Assembly: GCF_006345805.1 (NCBI RefSeq)
Contig: NC_043013.1
Location: 1,240,001 to 1,304,000, forward strand
Length of the DNA stretch: 64,000 bases
Direction: 5' to 3'
Source: Octopus sinensis
Taxonomy: Eukaryota
Part shown: positions 37,104 through 51,019 of the stretch, piece after piece
Numbering within the stretch: the stretch's first letter is position 1
Layout: each line of letters begins with the position of its first letter
Made by a program: the position numbers and the translations under genes
The notes under the pieces: generated by a model
Database searches by the model: none
What the model saw: only the letters and a program-made list of their open reading frames with translations
Told to the model about the DNA's origin: nothing

Positions 37104-37269
37104 TTGAAGAACAGCTCAAAATTTATTATTCCTGAAACCAGACTTGATGACAAAACTTCTACAGTGTTAAATTCTAGTGGCCATCTGGTGTCACATTCTG
37201 GCATCATGAGAAGCAAGTGCATCACCCTTTCTAGTCGGCTGGAGAATACTGTAAACATTTTGATTGAAA
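37104..37269 (+). CDS. METTL17: METTL17 exon 2
   Basis: LKNSSKFIIPETRLDDK...HSGIMRSKCITLSSRLENTVNILIE (cf. human HPGILKLPHVRLPQAL); acceptor atcttcag|, donor A|GTAAAT. Confidence 0.85.
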
Positions 37270-37649
37270 GTAAATACAATTTGCTTTATTTCTTTCTTCC
37301 AAACATTGAATACAGATTTTCTTGGATGTTTCTAGATTTCTCACTCAGTCTCCGTCTCTTTTTCATTCTCTTTCTTTGACTTGTTTTTGGAAGTACAAAA
37401 CATTACAGTCTTCTTCTTCATCATTGTTATCATCTTCGTTGTCTTCCTGGTTCTGTCCCTCTGCATGAGTAAGTTCTTCTATAGCCTCTGATAGACCAAA
37501 GCCTTGTGAGTGGATTTCGTTGACAGAAACTAAACAAAAGCCCATCGTATGTGTGTGTGTGTGTATGTTTGTGCTCCACCATCTCTTGACAACTGTTAAA
37601 AAAATAATCCTGGGGTTGATTCATTTGACTAAATATTCTTCAAGGTGGT

Positions 37650-37688
<39 letters not shown>

Positions 37689-40561
37689 CATCATCATGTT
37701 TAACGTCCGTTTTCCATGCTGGCATAGGTTGGATGGTTTGACTGGGGCCTGGCAAGCCAGTAGGCTGTGCCAGGCTCCAATCTGATTTGGCAATGTTTCT
37801 ACAGCTGGATGCCCTTCCTAACGCCGACCACTCCAAGAGTGTAGTGGGTGCTTTTCATGTGCCACTGGCACAGGAGCCAGTCGGTAGGGGGTGTGGATGG
37901 CATCGACCACATTTGGATGGTGCTTCTCATGTGCCACCGGCACAGGAGCTAGTCAGGGCGAGGGCCTATATATATATATCTTTTGTGGAGGGAACATGAG
38001 GGAGTAGTAGATCCAGGAAGATGTGGAACAAAGTGGTAAGAAAGGATCTTCAGGTGTTGGGCTTCACAGAGGGGACAACAGGGGACCAAGACTCCTGGCA
38101 GTTTGCTGTGCTTTAGAAGGCATGTCAAACTAAATAAAATCATGGTTGCCCTTGCATCAAGGCATGACCCCTTGCATCCTTCTTCAGCTGAGCATTTCTA
38201 ATCTTGTGGGCTTGAGGGTGCTGGAGCCACATAAGGAATACCTGTCATCATCATTGTTTAGCGTCCGCTTTCCATGCTAGCATGGGTTGGATGGTGCAAC
38301 TGGGGTCTGTGAAGCCAGAAGGCTGCACCAGGCCCAGTCTGATCTGGCAATGTTTCTACGGCTGGATGCCCTTCCTAACGCCAACCACTCCGTGAGTGTA
38401 GTGGGTGCTTTTTACGTGCCAGACGAATCTGGCAAACGGCCACGATCGGATAGTGCTTTTTACGTGCCACCGGCACAGGAGCCAGGCGAGGCTGCGGGTA
38501 CTATTTTAAATTGCCCATGTCAGTGCCACATAAAAGCCCCTTGTTGTTTGTTCCTTCTCAAGCCATACCTGGCTCATAAGAGCCAGTTTCCTGGTTTCAT
38601 TGGTGTATAGGTTCCCCACCTGGATGGGACACCGGTCCATTACAGGTGAGCTGGTAGATGTAGGAGGAAAGAGTGAGAGAAAGTTCTAGCAAAAGAGTCA
38701 GCAGAAGTCTGCCATTACCTTCTGTTGGAGCTGCGTGAAGCTTAGGTGTTTCGCTCATAAACACACACATTGCCCGGTCTGAGATTTGAACCCATGATCC
38801 CTTGACCATGAGTCCACTGCTCTAACCACTAGGCCATGTGCCTCCAGTACTTGGTAAAATGGTTGGTGTTAGGAATGGCATCCAGCCATAGAAACTATGC
38901 CAAAAGAGACAAGGAGCCTGGACAGCTTCATTCCGGCCATGCCAGCCGGCATGGAAAATGGACATTAAATGATGGTGATAATTTTCAATAATGTTTATAT
39001 TTCTTTGCAAATTTGAAATACATGAATGGAATTAAATAAGAGTTAATTATGAAATTGAATTGTAGAATGTGAGAAATGAATCAAGTTTATTTTTGAAAAG
39101 CTAAATATTAACCAGTTAAAGATTGATGTGAATAAGAAAAAGATTCATAAAATTTTGAAACAATACCCAGCAATCACTTCCACCCAGCCACTTCCACCCA
39201 GCCCTATATGTAATCCTTTCTACCATAGGCACAAGTACTGAAGTTTGGGGGAGGGGGCAGGTCGATTACATCGACTCCAGTATTCAGCTGGTACTTAATT
39301 TATCAACCCTTGGTGGAATTTGAACTCAGAAGGTAGTGATGGGTGAAACAGCACTGCGTATTTCGTCCAGCGTGCTAATGATTCTGCTCGCTCACCGCAT
39401 TCAAGCCCTGTATATAATGTGTAGTTGCAATGTCTCACCTCTTGCCAGACACCTGTGCTTGTTCCTCTATCATATTTTAGCCTTTCAAAACCTATTATAA
39501 AGCCCCACCCCTGTTTCAAATCCTCTCCACTTGGTTGTGGGAGTTTTTTTTTCCTTGTTTTTCCTTCTCCTTTTTCTGTCTTGCAAGTTATTTGGCAACT
39601 TCACCAGTGCCAATGGCATAAGAAAGGTCCCAGTACACTCTGTAAAGTGGTTGGCATAGAAACCATGTCAAAGGTGACATTGGAGCTCAACACAGCCCTG
39701 CAGGTTGTCGGATCCCGTCACACCATCCAACCCATGGCAGCGTGGAAAACAGACGACAACGACGACAACGCATGTAATTAGTGTTTCTATAAAAAGTGGT
39801 AACCATGTAACTCTCCTACACCCAGACATCTCTGTTTCTGTTCCTCTAACATACTTTAACCTCTCATCATTGAATTTAAAGCCACCTCCATCAGCACTAC
39901 CTCTGCATCACCTGAAGAATCTTTCTTGTCTTGCAAGTTGGTGACTTCACTAGTGCCATTGCCATGTCAGAAGCACCCAGTACACTTTATAAAACGGTTG
40001 GCCTTATGAACTGGTAGAAACCAGGCCAAACAGTCATTAGAGCTTGGTGCAATCCTCTGGTTTGCCAGCTGCTGTCAAACTGTTCCACCCATGCCAGCAT
40101 GGAAGGAGAACATTAAATGATAGTGGTGATGATGCTGATGATGATGATACTGGGAAGATCTGTAACAGCTGCTAGAAAACAACTAACCAAATTTAGAGAT
40201 TAATTTTATGTTGACCTTTTTTTTTAATGTAATATATAATAATAATAATAGTAATTCATCATCATTTAGCGTCCGTTTTCCATGCTAGCATGGGTTGGAC
40301 GGTTTAACTGGGGTCTGTGAAGCCGGAAGGCTTCATCAGGCCCAGTCAGATTTGGCAGTGTTTCTACGGCTGGATGCCCTTCCTAACGCCAACCACTCCG
40401 TGAGTGTAGTGGGTGCTTTTTACGTGCCACCTGCACAGGTGCCAGACTATTACTATTATTATTATATACTACATTAAAAAAATATATAAATTTAGTGTTT
40501 AAATTACGAATTGTTTTTATTGTTGCAAACTTAAAAAAATTATTTTTATCTGTTTTGACAG

Positions 40562-40696
40562 AATATCCTCTGAACAATCTTGTAGCAGCTTCTGAAAGTT
40601 TTGCCCGATCTCTATGGGCAAGACAAGTACCAATTGAAATAAATGAAAAGAAAAAGAAATTGAAAGAAATATCTGCCAAAGTTTTGGAAAAAAGCA
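40562..40696 (+). CDS. METTL17: METTL17 exon 3
   Basis: (K)YPLNNLVAASESFARSLWARQVPIEINEKKKKLKEISAKVLEKS (cf. YLWSRHLPVE); phase 1-1; acceptor tttgacag|, donor A|GTAAGA. Confidence 0.88.
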
Positions 40697-42657
40697 GTAA
40701 GATATTGAAAGATTTTTTAGCCTAAAATTTGTAATATCAGCCTTTTCAGTAAGGTGGCGAGCTATCAGAATTGTTAGCAGCATTTTGTCTGTCTTTACGT
40801 TTTGAGTTCAAATGCTGCCCAGGTCGATTTTGCCTTTCATTCTTTCAAGTTATTAAAATTAGTACCAAATTTCTGGCCTTGTGCCAAAATATGTATATCT
40901 ATATTAATTATTCTTTTCAGTTCTCTGAGAGTCCAAATGTAAAAGACAACTTTTGTCTGTCATTTAGTTTCATTGAAATCTTAGTGAGCCAACTCACTGC
41001 ATGTGTCACTGTGTCTCTGTGTCATTATCATATTACCTCAGTGTATTTAATATTTATGGATTTAGGTGTGGTTTTTACTGCAGGGTGAGGAATAACAGAA
41101 TAACAGTAGAAGAGCTGGGCTTTCCTAAAGACTGTTGAAATTGTAGCCACGGGCAATCCAGTGCTGTCTGACTGGCATGTAAAAAGCACCATTCGAGCAT
41201 TGGGCCTCATGGAGGCAGTGATTTCAAGCCAAGTAGGATCGTAGTTGTGGCCAATGCCAGTGTCGTGTATGGCCTGTTAAAAGCACCCTTCAATTGCTGG
41301 GTGATATGCTGTGCTTGTGAAGACCTATCAAACCGAGTTAACTCCGAGTCGTGGTTGGTGCCAGTGCCATCTGACTGGCACCTGTGCTGGTGGCATGTAA
41401 AAAGCACCATTTGAGTGTTGGGTCTTATGGAGGCAGTGACAGGTGACCAAGACCTTTGGCGATATACTGTGCTTGTGTTGACTTGTCGAGCCAAGTGAGA
41501 CTCTAGTTGTGGCTGATGTTGGTGTCGAGTCATTGGCACCTGTGCCGGTGGCACATAAAAAGCACCCACTACACTCTTGGAGTGGCTGGCATTAGGAAGG
41601 GCATTCAGCTGTAGAAACTTTGCTAGACTAGATTGAGCCTGGTGCACCAATCTTGTTCGCCAGTTCTCAGTCAAATTGTCCAACCCATGCTAGCATGGAA
41701 AGCGGACGTTAAACGATGATGATGATGATGATCCCGAAAGGATGAAAGGCAAAGTCAACCTTGGCGGAATTTGAACTCAGAATGCAGCAATGGGTGAAAT
41801 ACCACTCAGCACTTTGTCCAGTGTGCGAAGGATTCTGTCAGCTTGCCGCCTCTATGAATCCAAAATAATGTAGAGAATCTGAATGCTAAAGGGCTAAACA
41901 TCTCAACGTATCTGTTTTTAGGCCAACAATGTGCTGATATTTATCAATGACATAAGAACCATTCCACTAAGAACCATTTTACTCTGTAATCCCCCAAATT
42001 TCACAGTTTTTGTTGTCTTAAACCATTCCAAAGTTGAGTATAAATTAATGTATATAAAATAAAATATCTAACTTGACTTAATAAAGACTCATTTAACTTC
42101 TATATTATGAAAACCCAAAATATATCTTCTCATTTATTAAATTATCCTGTTTCTCAAACCAATTTTTCTACAAATTAAATTCTTCATCCAGAGATGAAGA
42201 TACCTTTAAGAGATGGACATCTTTATTCATAATTGTAGTTGTGATCCCTGTGCCGGTGGAAGGTAGAAAGCACCATCCGAATGGGGCCCTGTGTCGGTGA
42301 CACGTAAAAAGCACCCACTACACTCTTGGAGTGGTTGGCGTTAGGAAGGGCATCCAGCTGTAGAAACACTGCCAGATCAGACTGGAGCCTGGTGCAGCCT
42401 CCTGGCTTCCCAGACCCCAGTCAAACCGTCCAAGCCATCCCAGCATGGAAAACGGACGTTAAACAATGATGATGATGATGATGATTTAATAACTTTTATA
42501 ATTTATGAAAAATGAAAGCTAATCATTGATGCATCTCACATGTTTAACCGATACTATATTTTTGGACATATCCTTCAGCTTTTTGGTTTGATAATCCATT
42601 CCTGCTAGAATTAATATTTATCAACCTTCTAATTATTACTTTTTTGCTTATCTTTAG

Positions 42658-42754
42658 AGATGCAGAACTTGAATGAAGATGTTCTGGAGAAAAAGTTGCA
42701 GCAAAAAATTATTTTATTAATGAAGGAACAGACATACAACTGGCAGAGTATTAA
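42658..42754 (+). CDS. METTL17: METTL17 exon 4
   Basis: (K)MQNLNEDVLEKKLQQKIILLMKEQTYNWQSI(K) (cf. KTTYHWQEL); acceptor tctttag|, donor AA|GTATGT. Confidence 0.88.
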
Positions 42755-42918
42755 GTATGTAACTCTGCTTGAAAATGTTCCCAAAACATTTTCTGTTTTT
42801 CTAATTTCTGCATTCTAACACTACTCTAGTAACAAATTCTTTTTAAGAAAAAACACTTTGAAGAAACTTTGTCAATGGTTTTTCTATTAGATATTGGAAC
42901 TTAATTTGTCTCTTACAG

Positions 42919-43000
42919 GTATGATGCATATAAAAGCTTTCTTTATATGGTCAGTCGTATGCCCGCAAATTACGCTGCAATTCTTCTGTGTCTCAATGAG
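42919..43000 (+). CDS. METTL17: METTL17 exon 5
   Basis: YDAYKSFLYMVSRMPANYAAILLCLNE (cf. [21 protein letters not shown]); acceptor cttacag|, donor GAG|GTACGT. Confidence 0.9.
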
Positions 43001-43918
43001 GTACGTACGGATTAAGCATTTTTATGGTTTAATCAAGAACAAAGGGCAGAACTCATGACTTATATTTTTTAGGCCCTTCTGGACAGATCAATATATTTTA
43101 TGTATAGTTTGACTATTTCCAAGTTGAGAGATCTGTAGGAAAACTGCTTACTAGAAAGGAATTCTGAAGAATTGGCATTTTGGTGAAGAAAAATTAGGTG
43201 TAGGGGTTATATGTAACTAGTTAGTTATGGCTAGTAGATTAGCCATAAATTTACTAGAAGATTAACAATAGATTGGGCTGAACGAAGAGACTGAATCTGT
43301 GGGCGAGACATTTGAGTATTGTTCAGTGAGTCTTTGAGAGGCAATTGGTTTTGTTTTGGATGTGGTCTGTGATGCTTGTGTGTGTGTAGCAGCAACACTG
43401 TCCCTGATATGTGAGAAGCACTCCAATGTAAGTTACAAAACTCAAGAACAACTGACATTGAAGTGCTTCTCATATGTCAGGGACAGTGTTGTTGCTACAC
43501 ACACAAATATCGGAGACCACGTGCAAAAATCAAAAGACAAAAAAGAAAAACCATTGTTAAAGACTCACTCAACAAACTAAAACATCAAGGGTCACAGATT
43601 TATAGGCTCCTCATTCAGCACCCATTGGGGTTCAAGGCAGCCTTGCAGCTTACCAGATGCTATCAGGCTGTTCAGCCCATGGTAGCATGGAAAATGGATG
43701 TTAGGTGGTGGAGTCAGTGGCTTTTTTTTTTTAACGACAGTAGTTAAAATCAATTTGGAAAAATGTCAACATAAAACAATTAGCTGCTGATAATTGGGAT
43801 GAAAGAAATAACGTCTAATTTAATTCTTTACAACATCTGTAAATTTAGGTATATGGAGATTAAAATATTGTTTGAAATCTTTGCTAAAGAAGTGATTTAG
43901 AAGTGATTTACCCGGTGG

Positions 43919-43950
<32 letters not shown>

Positions 43951-44348
43951 ATGAGGCAGCATTTAAAAGATGCTGGTTATGTGGTTAAGTGGAACAGAAA
44001 GGAAACAGACTATTTGTCTGTGATGTTTTTCTCAGCTACCTAAGGCCATGCCCAGGCGTGGCTGCAGTCCAATGATGGAAACGTATAGAAGATAATAATG
44101 TGTACTCTTGTGAAAATTAGTGCAGCATAGTTGGACAGAACTGTATTTTTTATTCAGATGATGAATAAAAGGAAACTGCCGTAGCTTAGATGCATTATTT
44201 CAGACAATGTCTCTGGCCAAGCTGGTGCAACAAAGAAATATTATTTTTAAGCTTTTTGACAGAAAGGAGAACAGAGTTGGACTCCAGATTTTTTACTTTT
44301 TTTTTTGCCTATTATTTGGGAAAAATTTCAATGACTGTGATTTGCTTA

Positions 44349-44382
<34 letters not shown>

Positions 44383-44457
44383 GATAATAATAATGTCTGC
44401 CATTTGTTACTTTAAACTCTAAAGCAGTTGTTGTCTGATTTTATTTATGTCCCACAG

Positions 44458-44531
44458 ATTGTAAAGCGAGTTCCAGATTATATACCAAGAAATGTTTTTG
44501 ATTTCGGCTCTGGCACCGGTTCCACAATTTG
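44458..44531 (+). CDS. METTL17: METTL17 exon 6 (SAM-binding motif I)
   Basis: IVKRVPDYIPRNVFDFGSGTGSTI(W); DFGSGTGS motif; acceptor cccacag|, donor TG|GTAAAT. Confidence 0.93.
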
Positions 44532-45895
44532 GTAAATTAATAAACTGCTTTATGAATTTTATTTGATTTCATTTTAATTATTATAAATTTATCTTTCACT
44601 TTGGTCTGACTCATTAACTTTTCTTCCTAAGTTAAACTTTGAACTTGGTATTTGGAAATAATCATTTTGTCATCGTTGTAGTCTTTTGTTTATTTTTCAA
44701 TTATGATTGTTTGTTTTTTTAACAAATATTGTCCTATAATAGAATTAGGTGATTTTTATAAAGTCAAATATTTATAATATATATAGATTGTTAAAAGTGA
44801 TATCTTACACCAGTCACTCATGTTGATTGTAATTAGTATCTGTTTGCAACTAATTTAACAAGGCTAGCAGAATAATAACATAGCTCTCTCTTAATGTCAT
44901 TATCATCATCATTATTGTTCTAATGACTACTTTTTCGTGCATGGTTTGGATGAAATTCATTGAGGCAGATTTTCTATAGCTGGATGCTTTTTCTGTCACC
45001 AACCCTCACCTGTTTCTGAGTGAGGTAATATTTCCTCATGGCCAGACATGTTTTTCACGGAAGATTGGAAATAAAAGATACTGCTTGCATCTTGGTGCAA
45101 TGTCAAGACAATATTTATTGGTCAGTCATCTTTTGACCATCAGTGCTGGTACCACAAACAAAGCACCCATAACACTTTGTAAAGTGGTTGTCATTAGGAA
45201 AGGCATTCAGCCATAGAAACCTTGTTAAAGCAGGCATCAAAGCACAGTGCAGTCCTCAGATCCTTCAGGTCCTGTAAATTGTCCAACCAATGCCAGAATG
45301 AAAGATGACCATTAAAAGTTGATGATGAGGATGTCTTCCTGAATTTCATCATTAAGAGCAGGGATTGTAACTTACTTGTATTATTTTGTTATGTTTCTCT
45401 GAAGTCCAATATAGCTTGCAAATTATGCATGCATACTTTTCTCACCATATCTAGATAAACAGCATTATGGCTTGTTGTTTGTTATTCATTGTAAAACACC
45501 TTGCGGGTAAAAATCTTGCTTCCCAACCATGTGGTTCAGGGTTCAGTCCCACTGTGTGGTACCTTGGGCAAATGTCTTCTACTATAGCCTTCGGCCTGCC
45601 AAAGCCTTGTGAGTGGATTTTGTAGATGGAAACTGAAAAGAAGCTTGTCGTGTGTGTGTGTGTATGTGTTTGGTGTCTGTCCCCTACCACTAAAAGTGGT
45701 GCCTCAGCATGGCCGCTGTCTAATGATTGAAACAAGTAAAAGATAAAAGATATTCATTTGTTACCAAGCATTTAGATAAAAGGTGGAGGAGTGGTGGAGA
45801 TAAAAGCAAAAGATAAAATGCATTCCTATCACGATTTTGTTTTCTTTAAATATTATATATATATATGTTTATATCTCTATATTTTATTATTAAAG

Positions 45896-45990
45896 GGCCT
45901 GCAATAAGATATGGAATAAAAATATTTTTGAATATTTTGCCCATGATGTTTCTGCTGATATGAATATCCTATGTCGATTGTTACTACAAG
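45896..45990 (+). CDS. METTL17: METTL17 exon 7
   Basis: ACNKIWNKNIFEYFAHDVSADMNILCRLLLQ; acceptor ttattaaag|, donor AAG|GTAAGC; phases 2 and 1 fit the neighbouring exons. Confidence 0.88.
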
Positions 45991-47256
45991 GTAAGCAATC
46001 AGAAAATGATAGTTTTACATAACTCTATTTCAGAGTCGTACCTGTTTAATATGACTTGATTTGCAATTATGTTGAAGGTGAAACAACTGCCTGATTGAAA
46101 AGCAAATGTTAGCCGTATGTAAGTGAACAGATTGTGTAAATGGATGACAACATTGACAATTTATAATATGTAGAAAGATGAAATACTGAATAAATTGGTT
46201 CTGGTGTTTTATTTGAATAGTAAACAGAAATGGCTCAGTAGGCGCAAACGTGGTTGTGTGGTTAAGAAGCTTGCTTTCCAACCATGTGGGTTTGGGTTCA
46301 GTCCCATTGTATGGCACTTTGGGCAAGTGTTTTTTACTATGCACCCTGGACTGACCAAGGCCTTGTGAATGAATTTAGCCAATAGAAACTGAAAGCAGTT
46401 CACCATATATACATACATCATATATACATAATTACATACATAGACTTCTACCTGGCCAGCTCCTGTCAACCGTCTTACATGGGTGTGCATGGAAAAGACA
46501 GATGTTAAACGATGATGATGATGATATATATATGTCAGTATGGAAAGTGGATGTTAAATATTGATGGTGACTGATGAGGTATAGTTTCTAAAGTAGTCTT
46601 TAGATGGAGTCTTTGTTTGTGTATTGTAAATGATGCCATTTATCCCCGCAACACTTCACATCCCTATTACTGTCCCTTATCTCCTCCTCCTGTTTCCTAA
46701 CTTCCCCTCAAACTGATATTCACCATTGACTATACCTCCTTGCTTCTTAAATATTATAATCAGTCCTATTCAAACCAAGAATATAATTGATGGTTGCTGA
46801 TTAGACCTGACTGAAGAAGTCACTGCTTAACACAGAACACAGAACACATCAATACTTCAGTATGTTATAAAGGATTTGAATATTTAGATTTGAAATTAGA
46901 ATGTTTCTCAGGTAGTTGTGTTGCAGTTATTTGAGTTACTATGGTATCATGTTCCTGCAAGCAGGATCAGTTACCGGGAGTTCAGTCTCCCTGTGACATC
47001 TCTAGGGATATCATCATTATTACATAAATTCTGCTTTCCATGCTGGCATGGGTTGGATGGTTTGATAGGAACTGGCCAACCAAAGAACTGCACCAGACTA
47101 CAATTGTCTGTTTTGGCATGGTTTCTGCACCTAGATGTCCTTCTTAATACCAAGTACTTTACAGAATGTACTGGGTGCTTTTCATGTGGCACCAGGGTCG
47201 GTATCAGTTCTGCTGTGGTGGACAGGTCTTCTTGAGTACAACAAGGCACCAAATAT

Positions 47257-48334
47257 CATCATCATCATCATCATCGTCGTTTAACGTCCGTTCTCCATGC
47301 TAGCATGGGTTGGACGGTTCGACCGGGGTTCTGGGAAGCCAGAAGGCTGCACCAGGCTCCAGTCTAATTTGGCAATGTTTCTACAGCTGGATGCCCTTCC
47401 TAACGCCAACCACTCCGTGAGTGTAGTGGGTGCTTTTTACGTGCCACCTGCACAGGTGCCAGGCGGGCACGGTCAGATTGGTGTATTTTATGTGCCACCG
47501 GCACGGAAGCCAGTCGAGGCGGTGCTGGCATCGGCCACGAGTCGGATAGTGCTTTTTACGTACCACCAGACCAGGGATCCTGGCTGGTTCAATTCGATTT
47601 CGATTTCGCTTGCCCCAACATGTCTTCACAAGCAAAGGGGGTTGGCAAGGGTGCCTGTCGTACGGTCGCATTGGAGTATTTTACGTGCCACGGCCACGAG
47701 TCGGATAGTGCTTTTTACGTACCACCAGACCAGGGATCCTGGCTGGTTCAATTCGATTTCGATTTCGATTTCGCTTGCCCCAACAGTCTTCACAAGCAAA
47801 GGGGGTTGGCATGGGTGCCTGTCGTACGGTCGCATTGGAGTATTTTACGTGCCACGGCCCCGAGTCGGATAGTGCTTTTTACGTACCACCAGGCCAGGGA
47901 TCCTGGCTGGTTCAATTCGTTTCGATTTCGATTTCGATTTCGATTTCGCTTGCCCCAACATGTCTTCGCAAGCATGGGGGGTTGGGATGGGTGTCTGTCG
48001 TCGGATGAGGTTCTATATCGACTTCGCTTGCCTCAACCGGTCTTTGTGTCCAAGGGAGGAAAGGCATTCATAAGTGGGCTGGGCTCACTTGTCCTGCCTG
48101 GTCTTCTCACGTACAGAATATTTCCAAAGGTCTCGGTCTCTGGTCATTTCCTCAGTGAGGCCTAAAGTTCGAAGGTCGTGCTTCACCACCTCGTCCCAGG
48201 TTTTCCTGGGTCTACCTCTTCCACGGGTTCCCTCAACTGCTAGGGATTGGCACTTTCTCACACACCTATCTTCATCCATTCTCGCCACATGACCATACCA
48301 GCGCAATCGTCTCTCTTGCACACCACAACTGATG
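47257..48334 (-). mobile_element. 5'-truncated RTE-clade LINE: ORF2 C-terminus, 3' UTR with three ~160 bp tandem units, (GAT)n tail
   Basis: Open frame VQERRLRWYGHVARMDEDRCVRKCQSLAVEGTRGRGRPRKTWDEVVKHDL...*, typical of RTE C-termini; flanked by CAAATAT duplication at 47250-47256 and 48335-48341. Confidence 0.88.
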
Positions 48335-48557
48335 CAAATATAAGTATTGTAAACAGCCATAAATACTTCAAAATATTTTCTGATATTTTATTTATGAGAA
48401 TGTTTGCAATAATTTCGATTTAATTTAATAGTGATATTTTGTGATTAATCTGAAAACAAGCAATCTTTAGAAAATTATTAAAATATAAAACTAAGGTTGT
48501 GCCTGTTCAAAGGAAATAATTATTCAATTTAACTTAGAATTTTGTTTTGTTTTTTAG

Positions 48558-48628
48558 ATGGTGAAGAACAAAAAGAAATGCATGTATCAGGAGTGTATTT
48601 AAGACAGTTTATGCCTTCTCAGAGAGAG
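48558..48628 (+). CDS. METTL17: METTL17 exon 8
   Basis: (D)GEEQKEMHVSGVYLRQFMPSQRE (cf. GVFFRQFLP); acceptor ttttttag|, donor GAG|GTATGT. Confidence 0.9.
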
Positions 48629-49069
48629 GTATGTGGTTTTAGATTCTTATACGATGGCTTTGTTTGTTTGTTTGTTGCTCTCTCACATTGGATTTAATTC
48701 AGTGTCATTTTACGTAGCACCACTCTGCTGAGGGGTTGGTGTTGAGAAGGGCATTCAGCTGTGAAAATCCTGCCAAAATAGTTTCAGAAGTCTGGTGTAG
48801 ACTTCTGCCTGGCTGGCGCCTGTCAAGCTGTCCCACCCATGCTAGCATAGAGTGTAGGCATTAAGCATGATGAATATTGTCCAAAAACACCTGAATGACT
48901 CATGCCTTGTTGGTTTGAAGTGTAGATTTCAAAGAGTACCATCACCTAAAAGTCGAAACAAGACATGTGACAAAGGACGAAGATAGGTGCTGCAATACTG
49001 TACTCTAGAAGACCTGTCCACCTCAACAGAATTGATATTCTAAACACCAAGGTATCATGTAAAAAGCAT

Positions 49070-49200
49070 TGGTGATGGTGTCACGTAAGAAGCACTGGTG
49101 ATGGTGCCATGTAGTAAGCACTGGTGCTGGTGCCATGTGGTAAGCACTGGTTATGGTGCCATGTGGTAAGCACTGGTGATGGTGTCACACAGAAAGCACT
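49070..49200. repeat. About five copies of a 26 bp unit (AAGCACTGGTGATGGTGCCATGTGGT) in an RTE 3' UTR-like fragment
   Basis: Directly visible tandem array with no spacers. Confidence 0.8.
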
Positions 49201-50911
49201 TGTAAGGATACCATGTATAAAGCCCCAATCACCTAGAATATGGACTCCGGTGTGGCTCCTGGCCTTGTCAGTTCCTGTCAAATCATCTGCCCCATACTAG
49301 CATGGCAAATACACATTAGATGATGATGATGATGATGATGATGATTTTAGTCTATATTTATTCCTAATTCGTGATCAAAGAGGACACAATTCTTTTGCTT
49401 CATGTTTTCACCTCTCAGTTTGTGTTTGTATGGCATTCCGCTTGCCCTATCCTTACAAACTTAGAGCTTTGTCTCCCCACATTTGAATTAATTCTTTATC
49501 TCAAGAAATGCTAAACTATCTCCATTAGTTATGCTATTGTTGTTATATTAACAGTTTTATGATTGACAATTGTTCTATAAGGGTCTATACTCTGAAACTG
49601 GCACTTGAAACCAATGAAATACTTTTATCATTTGGCGTTAGGAAGGGCATCCAGCTGTAGAAACTTTGCCAGATCAGATTGGAGCCTGGTGCAGCCTCCT
49701 GGCTTGCCAGCCCTAAGTCAAACCATCCAACCCATGCCGGCATGGAAAGTGGGCATTAAATGACGACAATGATGAAGATTATTTGCAGCTGTCTGAGAAT
49801 ACCTGTTTACACCTTTAAAGGCTGGGTTACTGAATTAAACTTAATATTACCATTATATTAGGGTGGTGAGCTGGCAGAAACATTAGCACGCCAGGAGAAA
49901 TGCTTAGCAGTAATTTGTCTGTCTTTACATTTTGAGTTCAAATTCTGCCAAGGTTGATTTTGCCTTTCATCCTTTCGGGGTTAATAAATTAAGTACCAGT
50001 TGTGTACTGGGGTCAATCTAATCGACTGGGCCCCTCGCCCAAAATTTCAAGTCTTGTGTCTAGAGTAGAAAAGAATATTACCATTATATTAGTTAAGAAA
50101 TCATTTTCAATTTTATTTTCTATTTTATATGACATCATCTTTGTTAAATAGTTTGTGTCCTGAAGATCAAGGGTGAAGATCATGGAGCTCTGTCAAGAGA
50201 GTAACTGCAACAGATCCATAGGAGTGATGCATATGGAAGATTTGTTATGACTCAAGTTCTCAATTGAAATATAAACAAGAGAATTGGGTGGTGAAAGAGA
50301 GCATGGCCAGTTGATGCTTTTTTTGTTATAGATGAGCACAAAGCAGTCATGGTGGCAGAGTACAAGCTACAGACCTTGTGGTTAGATAATACAGTTCTAT
50401 ATTTAAGAGATGAAGAATTGTCCTCATTTTGTTTGTTGTTAACACCCTCAAGCCTTCATCAAGTGTTTTGGAAAAATTTCGAACCTGGGTTCTCATTGCT
50501 AAGGTATTTTGCGATATTATTATTATTCTTCAGGTCACTGCCTGGAATCGAACTTGGAATCTTGGGTTTAATAGCCCACGCTCTTAACCACTATGCCATA
50601 TGCCTGTGGCTAATTATGGAGTGAATTTCAGGGCTTATAAATCTAATATTTTCCTATCCTTCCTTAATACCAGTTGCCATATGCTATTCATATCTGCACT
50701 TGTGGTTAGATGTCTGATACAACAAGGACTCAGTTACCCACACTCCTATTATAGAAATTATAGCTTTCATTTAAATCCTTTCGATAGAAGGTGTCAGACG
50801 GAACTAGTTTTGCAATGGTGCTTAGCAACAACAACAAAACTACTCTGCATGTTAGCTTCCTTTCATATATTTCTTTCTTTGTGGATTCATAAATATTTTT
50901 TTTATTTACAG

Positions 50912-51019
50912 AAATTGTACAATTTAGTCGTCTGCTCCTACTCCTTATTTGAGCTGGAATCAAGGCAAGCTCGGCTGAAAGTAATCCACAATCTTTGGGA
51001 TTTAACAGAAGATTTCTTG
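50912..51019 (+). CDS. METTL17: METTL17 exon 9
   Basis: KLYNLVVCSYSLFELESRQARLKVIHNLWDLTEDFL (cf. FDVVVSAFSLSELP...LWRKTGHFL); acceptor tttacag|, donor TTG|GTTTGT. Confidence 0.9.

Noticed and set aside
49070-49200. Short regularly repeated units suggestive of a CRISPR array
   Set aside because: Head-to-tail repeats with no unique spacers, in eukaryotic retroelement context, and no cas genes.
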